Origin: an uncultured Planctomycetaceae bacterium
GTDB taxonomy: Bacteria > Planctomycetota > Planctomycetia > Pirellulales > PALSA-1355
Direction: 5' to 3'
Length of the DNA: 64,000 bases
NCBI GenBank assembly: GCA_963785305.1
Contig: CAWAUV010000002.1
Span: 238,705 to 302,704 of the forward strand
The notes under the pieces were generated by a model. That model saw only the letters and a list, made by a program, of their open reading frames with translations. It was not told the origin of the DNA and made no database searches. The position numbers were made by a program, and so were the translations under genes. Shown here piece after piece: positions 55,901 through 64,000 of this stretch (position 1 is its first letter; each line of letters opens with the position of its first letter).

Positions 55901-58900
55901 CGTCGTGGTCGGCACATTGACGACTCCGGAATTGATCGTGAGTCCACCGCTGAAAACATTCGCTCCGCTCAAGGTCAGCGCCCCGCCGGTGGAACCCGTC
56001 GCCAGCGTGAGGCCGCCCGTGCCCGCGATCGCTCCCGTGAGCGCGAGCGTCGTGCCCGAGGCGACCGTGGCGTTGGTATTCGGGCTCACGAGATACGTCG
56101 GCGCGTTGATCGAGTTGTTCGCATAACTGTTCGTGATCGAGGCTGAGGCGGATCCATTGTCGAAGCTGATCGCGTCGGTCGAGGCGTTTTGAGCGATTGT
56201 ATACGAGCCGCCACCCGAGCCGCCATTGGGGTTGAATGTGAGACTGCCGACATGAATCTGGCCGTTTAACTGAATGGTCTGGGCGGCGGTGATCGCGCTA
56301 TTGAGCGTGGCCGAATCGCCGCTGAATTGCGGAACAATCCCTCCGCTCCAGTTCGCGGGCGTCGCCCAACTTTGGGGACCCGAAGTCGTGGAGTCGATCC
56401 AGTTGGCGGTCGTGGGCGTGCCCGTGTTGGTGACCACCAGGTCGATATAGCCGGGATCGACCGAGGCGCTGTAGGCATAACTTGCCGGGCCGCTCGCCGC
56501 CGGCACGGTCAGGTTCGAGAGCGTGGCCGGCGCGGAGCCGGCATATTCGATCAAGCGATAATCGCCGGCTTGGGTGGGCAAGCCGCCGAGAAATGAGATC
56601 GACGAGCCACTCGTGAACGACAGACCGCCGCTGGTGGTCACATCGAGCAAGCTGCCGGTCGTGGCGGGCGAGCCGCTCCAGGGCTGTTCGGGGGAGAACT
56701 GAAACACGGTGCCCGCCCCGGCCGCGAGCGTCGCCAGATTCAGTTGACCGACGGTAGCGCCGCCGGGCGCGATGATATTGGGCGACGCGCCGCCAATGAC
56801 GGGCCCGGTGATGATCGCGGCGGGAGTTCCAATAACCGAGGTGGGGCTTGCGAGCGTGCCGCCATTGAGGTTCACGGAGCCGGAGCCCGTGGCCGAGCCG
56901 GAGCTATTGCTCACCGTGAGAGTTCCCCCGGAGAGCGTGACGCCGCCGCCGAACGTATTGACTTGGTTAAGATTGGCCGTGCCTCCCGAAATGCTCAGCG
57001 ACTGCGAAGCGCCATTGAGCACGCCGGTTTGGTTGAAGACGCCGCCGACCATCGTGATATTGCCGGTGATCGCGCCCGCGGCATTGTTGTTGAGCGTGCC
57101 GGTGTTCATAAAGACGGCGCCCGGCACGGCGCCAGTGGCGCTACCGGTGAGCGTGCCTCCCGACACAGTCGCGCCTCCGCCATAGCTATTGGCGAAGCTC
57201 AAATTGGCGGCGCCGCCGGAAACCGTGAGCGATTGGGAAGCGCCATTCAGCGCGTTTGCCAAGCTCTCGGCGAGCGTGCCACCTGAAACCGAAATGGGGC
57301 CCGTCCCCAGAGCGCCCACGGCGTTGGCATTGAGAGTGCCCGCCATTACATTCGTTCCGCCGGTATAAAGATTCGTGGCCGATAGCGTCATGGGAGCGGC
57401 GCCGTTCTCCGTGACGCTCGTGACATTCGAGCCAATCACGGCGCTGATTGTCACGGCTCCGCCGGCGACGGTGCCGATGTTGGTGATCGAGCCGGTGTTG
57501 TTGACGGAGGTTCCACTCAGCGTAAATGAGCTGCCGCCGCCAGTGCCGTCGAGTTGAATGTTGCCTGGCCCCGTGAACCCACCGCTAAAAACGAAAGGGC
57601 TCGCGTTGCCATTGGTGTTGTTCAGCGATAGCTGCGGGGTGTTGCCTCCGGCGGCAAATGTCACGCCGCCGCTGAAAGTGAACACTCCAGATGTGCTGTT
57701 CATGGTCGCGGCGCCGGTCGCATTGCCGATCGTGATCGGGTTCACGTAAGTGTCGGTCGCGCCGGCGTTGCTTAGAGTTAGCGAGGCGCCAGGAGCGATG
57801 GTGATCGATCCGGTTCCGAGCGAATTCGTTAGGTTGGTCAAGGTCGCGATATTTTGCGTGAGCGTCCCCGCGTTGATCACGATCGGCATCGCGGCGGCGG
57901 TGCTGGCCACGGTCGTCGTGCCGATGGTTAGCGTGCCCGCTCCGTTCTTTGTCAGCGTGCTGGTCCCGATGAAGGGAACCGTCGTGCCGGTGCTGATCGT
58001 GACATTGCCGGCGCCGCCGATGGTCAGTCCGCCCGTGGCCAGCGACTGGGCGGTGCTAATGGTGAGTGTCTGACCCGATGTCGTCACATCGACTTCGCCG
58101 CCGCCGGCGCCGATCGTGAAGCCTGCGCGTGTAGGTGGCGCTCGAGCCGGTGTAGCTGAGGTCGCCCCCGCCGCTCAACGCCACGGCGCTCGTGGCGTTG
58201 CCGAGTCCGCTTTTGCTACTGGCGACAACCACGTTGCCCACGCTGAGCGTGCCACCGCTGATGCTCGTGGCGCCAGTGTAGGTATTGCCGGCGTTCGAGA
58301 GCGTGAGCGTGCCGCCGGTGACGGAGACGGTGCCAGCGCCCGTGCCGACCACGCCCGAGAGCACGAGCGAGCCGGTCCCGGCCATTGTGAGCCCAAACGC
58401 GCCGCCGATCGCGCCGCCTTCGGTGAGCGTGCCGGTTCCGCCGGTGGTGATCGTGGTGGCCGAGCCCAGCGTCACGGCGCCGGTTCCCAAGTTGAGCGAC
58501 TGCGTGCCGCCATAGGTGAAGCCGCCATTCCAGGTTTGCGTGTTGTTATTTGAATTGGTGATGGTCCCGAATGTGGTGTTGTCGATCGCGGCGCCGCTCT
58601 GCAATGTCAGGGCGCCTGTCCCGATCGCCGCGGCGTTGTTGAAGTCGAGCGTCGTGCCGGCGGCGATTGTGGTGCCGCCGCTGTAGATATTAGCGCCCGA
58701 GAGCGTGAGCGATCCGGCGCCGGCGGTCGTGATCGAACCCGAGGCGGAAAGAATGCCGCCGAGCGACAAATTGCCGCCCCCGGTGGTGAGCGTCATGGTA
58801 TCGACGCCCGAGAGCGCGATCGCTTCGTTGATCGCCTGGGCGCTCGAGCTTTGATTGTTGATGCCGCTGGTAAGGGTGTAGGCAACTCCTCCCAGCGTGT

Positions 58901-59215
58901 CGGTGATCGTGTAGGCGCTGGCGCCGCTATTGAAAGTGATCCCGGCCACGGTCCAGCCGGCGCCGGTGGTGAGATTATTGTTCAAGGCGGCGCCGAACGA
59001 GCCGGCGGCGACAAAGCTAAGCGCGTCGCCCGAGAGCGGCGGGTTGTTTGCTCCCGACCAGTTCGAGTCTGCCCAATTTGCCGACGCATTGCCGACCCAG
59101 GTATCCTGGCGCGAGCGGGCAACGCGAGCGCCACGGTCAAAAGACCGAGAGCCCACGCGGCGCGGGACCGACGAGAGAACTTGGAAACAGCATGCCCGAA
59201 TGTCGAGAACGACAT
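37982..59215 (-). CDS. Giant (~7,070 aa) autotransporter-associated beta-strand-repeat surface protein with PA14 domain and PEP-CTERM (shifts near 59107 and 58125)
   Basis: Signal peptide MSFSTFG..LLTVALALPARA; dozens of LTKxGxGTLxLSGxNTYTGxTxVxxGTL repeats; C-terminal VPEPSSIVLGLLAAVGVLVAIMVRRR; one 6,701-codon open frame. Confidence 0.93.
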
Positions 59216-59814
59216 TTTGACGGCCCTTCTAATAACTTGTGCAAGATCGGCTCATTAGCGAACGAAACCAACCCTTGAGCCAACCAACTATCAACCAGCG
59301 TTTGTCGTAACGAAATGAAAACGCGACAACGTGTCGGGTGGCAAAGAGCCGCCAGCGAAGACTCAATCCGACAAATAGTCGCTACGAACCAAGAGAAGAA
59401 ATAGGCATCGAAGAGATCATCAACCACTCAAGGGCGGAAAGCCCGAATCGAAACCCGCCATCGCTCCCCGGCGCGAATGCCTCGACCGGCAAATGGACGA
59501 TGGCGGAAGAATCCAGGCAGTTCGGGCATGGCGGGGAATTTCGCGAACGGATTGTCCCGAATTTTCCTTAACCATCCTTGGATTACGTCAGTGTAATCCA
59601 GCGCCCAATGCATGCAAGCCGATAAAATCGGAATTCCCCGAACATCTTTTTATTGCGGGCATCCGCACTCCTCGAGAGGGGGCCAAAAGCCGGACCACTG
59701 GCGCCTTGCAGTAGAAAATCTGCTGGAAGGCGCTTCGCCGCCGAGGCGTTTTTTCGAAAAATTTGACCAATCCCGCGGCCTGACTTAGCGTTTGGCTAGA
59801 AGGGAACGCACGCG

Positions 59815-60006
59815 ATGACAAAACTCTCCTTGATTCCGCGCGAGTTGCTTGCCGACGAAAGCGGCCCCACCGCCGTCGAATACGCGGTGATGCTCGCGCT
59901 CATCGTGCTCATTTGCTTCGGCGCGATCCTCAGCGTGGGTTCGGGGACGAATCGCCTATTCACCCAGGCTAATAGCTCGATTACCGCCGCGCAGGGCGGC
60001 AGTTGA
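59815..60006 (+). CDS. flp: Flp/Fap type IVb pilin
   Basis: DESG-PTAVEYAVMLALIVLICFGAI. Confidence 0.92.
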   Translation: MTKLSLIPRELLADESGPTAVEYAVMLALIVLICFGAILSVGSGTNRLFTQANSSITAAQGGS

Positions 60007-60069
60007 CCTTCGCCGCGCATCGCCCCCTCGCGCCGCGCATCGCCTCCTCGCCCCTTCCCGAGGCGGGGT

Positions 60070-61254
60070 TTACGAGGCCACGATCGGCTTTTCGTAGAGC
60101 CGATAGGTCTTGTAGCGCCGGCCGCCCACCGCCGTGATCGTGTGATTGATCACGTGGTTGTCTTCCAGGGTCCAGCTCAATTCGGCGCCGGTGAAGCCGA
60201 GCACGTTTTTGCCGTAGTCGAGCGTGCGGAGGATCATGAGCTCGGAAATGCCCCGGCGGCGGTAGGGCTCGAGCAGGCCCAACGTCACGACGCGCGCCGT
60301 GCGAATTCGCTTCAGATTGCGCCAAAACCGCCACGCGCCCACCGGAATGCCCCAACGAGTGAGCCTGCCGTTGAGCGGCTTGAGCGCTTCGTTAAAGTCG
60401 GGCAGCGTCATGGCGAAGCCCACCGGTTCGCCGTCGACTTCGGCCAAGAGCAGCATTTCGGGCGGCGCAATGTGGGCGAGCATTTTGCCATAGTAGGAAA
60501 ATTCGGCGTCGGTCATCGGCACAAAGCCGAAACTATTGGCCCAGGCCTGGTTGTAGATGTTCTTGCAGCGAAGCAATTCCGCGGTCATGTCGCGGGTGCG
60601 AAAGGTTCTCACTCGCACCTTGCCGCGCGCCGCCATGCGATCGGCCCGCGCCTGCCACTTGTCGAGCATCATCTCGGAATCGTCGAACCACCAGCTAAGA
60701 AGGTCTTTTACCTTCCGCAACCCATAAGATTCGAGCAATTCCGCGTAATAAGCTGGATTGTGGTTCATCATCACTCGCGGCGGCGAGTCGAAGCCCTCGA
60801 TCAACAGGCCGCACTCGTAGTTCATCGAATAATCGATCGGGCCGCGCATCGCGGCGCGGCCCCGGGCACGAAGCCAACCACTGGCGGCGTCGAGCAACGC
60901 GTGGGCCACGCGCTTGTCGTCGATCGACTCGAACATGCCGAAGCAGCCGAGGTTCGCGCCGTGGTAATCGTTGTAGCGGGGATCATCGCTGACCAGAATT
61001 CGGCCCACGACCTGACCCTCGAGCCGGGCGATAAATAGGGCGGCGAACCCATGCTTAAAAAAGGGATGTTTGCGAGGGTTAATGAAATCCTTCCGCTCCA
61101 TGATGAGCGGAGGCGCCCAATGCGGGTCGTCGCGATAAATGCGCCAGGGCAATCGCACGAATACATCGCGCTGGCGCCACGAGCGCACCTCCTCGATAAC
61201 CACTTCCCCAGTCGCCGCAATGTCGGCCCCGTGAGTTTTTAACGATTGCGACAT
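60070..61254 (-). CDS. YghO-like tandem GNAT acyltransferase (bacterial ceramide synthase-like)
   Basis: LPWRIYRDDPHWAPPL; HPFF; VGRI; FGMFES; GLLIEGF; HNPAYY; FGFVP; LPDFN; ELSWTLEDN; YKTYRLY. Confidence 0.8.
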   Translation of the reverse strand: MSQSLKTHGADIAATGEVVIEEVRSWRQRDVFVRLPWRIYRDDPHWAPPLIMERKDFINPRKHPFFKHGFAALFIARLEGQVVGRILVSDDPRYNDYHGANLGCFGMFESIDDKRVAHALLDAASGWLRARGRAAMRGPIDYSMNYECGLLIEGFDSPPRVMMNHNPAYYAELLESYGLRKVKDLLSWWFDDSEMMLDKWQARADRMAARGKVRVRTFRTRDMTAELLRCKNIYNQAWANSFGFVPMTDAEFSYYGKMLAHIAPPEMLLLAEVDGEPVGFAMTLPDFNEALKPLNGRLTRWGIPVGAWRFWRNLKRIRTARVVTLGLLEPYRRRGISELMILRTLDYGKNVLGFTGAELSWTLEDNHVINHTITAVGGRRYKTYRLYEKPIVAS

Positions 61255-61497
61255 GGCTTTCGGCGGCTCCTCGAACGATTTGACTCATGCACACCATGGA
61301 GCGGGCGGCCCCTTCGCCGGACCCAGGCAGGTTCGTAATTCAATTATTCCCGCGCCTTGTCGAACGGCGAGGACCGGGCGTGGAATAATTTTCGTCGCGA
61401 GCAAGCGGAACGCTCTTCGGCGAGATCCCTGGCCGGTCCAAGTCGGTCCGCGCATGGAAAAATTCGCGCTGCGCTCAAAATTCAAATGCGCCCGTGC

Positions 61498-62472
61498 TCA
61501 AACATACCCCCATTCGCGAAACCAGCGCCAAGCATCGGCGGCCGATTCCTGCAGAGGGCGCGTCTCGTAGCCCAACTCCCGGGCAGCTCGCTCGCTGCTG
61601 AAATTTCGCGGTTGTTTCGCGACGGCAATGCTCGCCGAATTGACATCGCCCTCGCGACCCGAAAGCCGCGTCCAAACATCCCCACTTCGCCCGGCGGCCC
61701 ATTGCAACACGGGACCGATCGAAAAGAACGGCTTGGTGGCGCCGGTTGCCTCGGCAAAGATGCGCCATGCCAAGAGATAAGTAAGCGATTCTCCCGCCAA
61801 GATATAGCGCCGTCCCGAAACGCCGCGCACGGCGGCGGCCAAGATGCCGGCGGCCACATCGCGGGCGTCGCAAAAGGAATTGCGGCCCGGCGGCGCGAAA
61901 AGCCCCCAACCGCGCGCCACCTCCAAAAGCATCCGACCACTCGAGGGCTTCCAGTCCCACGGACCGATCATGTAGCCGGGATTCACAATCACGGCCGACA
62001 AGCCACAATCGATTTCTTCCAACACCGCCTGTTCCGCCTCGCGTTTAGTGACGACATAAGGACAGAGCACCCCGTCGGTCGGCGGAGTCTCTTCATTGCT
62101 CAAACTGCCGGGAACGCCTTGGCCCAGCGCATCGACACTCGACACATGGACCAAGCGGGCCCCCGCCTCGCGAGCTGCCCGCGCCACGGCTTGCGTGCCC
62201 TGGACATTAATTCGCCGCGCCCGATCGAGCCCCGTCCAGCCGATGCGCACATCGGCCGCCGCATGCACCACGAGATCGGCCCCTTGAGTCCCCCGGGCAA
62301 GCGCCGCCGAATTTTCCAAATCGCCGGTAATCAACTCGACATTCAAGCCCGCGAAAGGCCGAGAATCCGAGCCAGTTCGGGCCAAAGCTCGCGTTTCGTG
62401 GCCCTGTTCGAGAAGCAGACGCACGACATTGTTGCCCAAGAGCCCCGTGCCGCCGGTAACGAATACTTTCAT
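61498..62472 (-). CDS. Extended SDR, NAD-dependent epimerase/reductase (HpnA/dihydroflavonol reductase-like)
   Basis: VTGGTGLLG; HAAA; VHVSS; YVVTK; IVNPG. Confidence 0.88.
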   Translation of the reverse strand: MKVFVTGGTGLLGNNVVRLLLEQGHETRALARTGSDSRPFAGLNVELITGDLENSAALARGTQGADLVVHAAADVRIGWTGLDRARRINVQGTQAVARAAREAGARLVHVSSVDALGQGVPGSLSNEETPPTDGVLCPYVVTKREAEQAVLEEIDCGLSAVIVNPGYMIGPWDWKPSSGRMLLEVARGWGLFAPPGRNSFCDARDVAAGILAAAVRGVSGRRYILAGESLTYLLAWRIFAEATGATKPFFSIGPVLQWAAGRSGDVWTRLSGREGDVNSASIAVAKQPRNFSSERAARELGYETRPLQESAADAWRWFREWGYV

Positions 62473-62715
62473 CGAGTTCGAATCGACTCCTTAAGGAACA
62501 CCCAAACGCCACCGCGGCGCCCGCGCCAATCGCGCGGACGTGCCTCGAACAATCCTCGAAACGACACACCCGACGCGAAGATCGCCCCCCGCGATTGGAA
62601 AAATCCACCCGGGCTGGCATGAATTTTGGCGAATTGACTTGCGATCGGGTTAAAAAATCACCAGAATGATAGCATCTTGCATCGATCGCGCGGATCAACC
62701 CCCCGGAGGCCCGAA

Positions 62716-62898
62716 ATGCTCACTGAACAAGAAGTTTCCCGTAGTTGGGTAGCCCTGTTCAAGACCGAAATCAACGACGAAACGTTTGCCAAAGCCGAGG
62801 CGCTGCTGGAAGAGCTTCGGCCCACGAGCCCGCTCCGACATCGCCTGAGCCGCGAAATCGTGGAGATTCGGGCCCGCTATCTGCAACCCGCCGAGTGA
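62716..62898 (+). CDS. 60-aa helical hypothetical protein
   Basis: GGAGG RBS; MLTEQEVSRSW...SPLRHRL; fills the gap between neighbouring genes. Confidence 0.65.
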   Translation: MLTEQEVSRSWVALFKTEINDETFAKAEALLEELRPTSPLRHRLSREIVEIRARYLQPAE

Positions 62899-62988
62899 CA
62901 TCGAGCATCGCCCGGTTCCGGCGATTCGGCGCATTTTGTTCCCTTGAGGCGATGCGCCCGCGCTGCCGCCAGCCGCTCGGCGCCACCG

Positions 62989-63955
62989 TTAGTTATTTCC
63001 CGCGATTTGATCGGCATGGGCCGGTTGACACGCCGCGCAATAGAACGTGGCCCGTTGCGCTTGCACGATTCTTGTCACCGGCTCGCGCCCACAGGTGCGG
63101 CAGGCCTGTTTGCCGCGGCCATACACGCGATGGTGGTTCTGATATCGCCCGCGCTCGTTGAGCGCGTTGCGATACGTTCCATCGCCTAGGGTCGAGCCTT
63201 CGTAACGAATGGCGGCCCGGAGCACGGCGCGCATCGCCTTGCCCAGTCGGCGCCAGTCGTCGGGAGAGAGTTTATCGCAGCGGGCCAGCGGATGTACTCC
63301 GGCCACGTGCAGAATTTCCGAAGCATAAAGATTGCCCACGCCCGCGATCGCCTTCTGATCGAGCAGCGCCACTTTGATGGCGCGACGGCTCGACGCCAGC
63401 CGCTCGGCCAAAAGCTCCGAGGAAAGCGCGAGCGCGTCGGGTCCCAGTTTTTCCGGGCCGAGCAGGCGCTCGAACTCCTCGGGCGCCATCAAGCGCACAC
63501 AGCCTAGTCCGCGCCGGTCCCAGAAGAGCAACTGCGCGTCGGTCGACGAGTTTTCGTCGCGCGACGCATCGACGCTTTCCGCCGCATTGGCCATGACATG
63601 GCGCCGGGCCGAGGCGCCCTCGCGCGTTCGCCGCGGCAAGTCAGTCGGCGAGCGATCTAGCCGGATGCGCAAGCGAAGATGCGCGGCCGTGGGCGGATCG
63701 GCGAGCAGCACAAGGCCCGTCATGCGCGGCTCGAAGATCAGCCGGTCGAGCGAATCGAGCCGGACCACGACGCGTTTGCCGGCACGCTCCACGGCCACGA
63801 TCCGGCGGCCGACGCATCGGCGTTTGAGCGTGGCAAGTCCGGGCGCGATCATAATCGGCCGCCGCGCAGCGTGGTCGCTCGACGGCCTCGATCCCGCGTC
63901 CCACGACCGAGAGAATGCCGCGGCGCATGGTTTCGACTTCTGGCAGTTCCGGCAT
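62989..63955 (-). CDS. mutM: Formamidopyrimidine-DNA glycosylase (shift near 63870)
   Basis: MPELPEVET; RAGK; RMTG; LLDQKAIAGVGNLYASE; CRTC...RATFYCAACQ zinc finger. Confidence 0.93.
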
Positions 63956-64000
63956 GGTAGTTCCGTTTTCAAAGCGTTTCGTGGGGGCCCCCGGCGGCCG

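Noticed and set aside
38358..59258. Many plus-strand ORFs antisense to the giant gene
   Set aside because: Shadow ORFs arising from GC and codon bias of the repeat protein; no recognisable motifs.
59290..59420. c-di-GMP riboswitch upstream of the giant adhesin
   Set aside because: Only a short hairpin is present; the GEMM GNRA tetraloop/receptor architecture could not be found on the coding strand.
1..64000. Mass pseudogenisation or programmed frameshifting
   Set aside because: Shifts hit housekeeping genes (mutM, hddA, ECF sigma, trmH) as isolated single-base indels with intact motifs, no in-frame nonsense decay and no slippery heptamers. Sequencing error is more parsimonious.
1..64000. 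tRNA, rRNA, IS/transposase, prophage or defence genes
   Set aside because: No recognisable signatures seen by eye; a covariance-model scan was not possible.

Overview
GC-rich bacterial window, most likely Planctomycetota. This is inferred from the PEP-CTERM giant protein, Pfa-type PKS, DUF4114/Tad genes and ECF/anti-sigma cassette. Many ordinary genes carry isolated single-base frameshifts, best explained as long-read indel errors, so genes were reconstructed across frames. From left to right: (1) the 3' part of a PfaA-like type I PKS with a C45 Ntn-hydrolase/acyltransferase domain embedded between tandem ACPs and KR-DH, followed by a Rieske oxygenase, a FabL-like reductase and an HHxxxDG acyltransferase; (2) a GDP-heptose operon (hddC-gmhB-hddA) with a GT4; (3) comB, a lectin-like secreted protein, a GH5, an alcohol dehydrogenase and csrA; (4) kdsD-kdsC coupled to a ~1,110-aa membrane-anchored protein that looks like concatenated LptC/LptA jellyrolls, with a divergent permease-ATPase-permease ABC system; (5) a CapK-like ligase, then a DUF4114-tadE-tadG-tadE operon preceded by an interleaved double inverted repeat; (6) a beta-barrel lipoprotein, a TrmH methylase, an ECF sigma cassette and rlmN; (7) a ~7,070-aa beta-helix PEP-CTERM surface protein with PA14 and inserted modules, and a divergent Flp pilin; (8) a YghO/ceramide-synthase-like GNAT, an extended SDR and mutM. 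The strongest novelty candidates are the possibly self-cleaving C45-PKS, the putative single-chain LPS bridge and the structured leader at ~30,950-31,050. All family assignments come from motif recognition by eye; no database searches were run.
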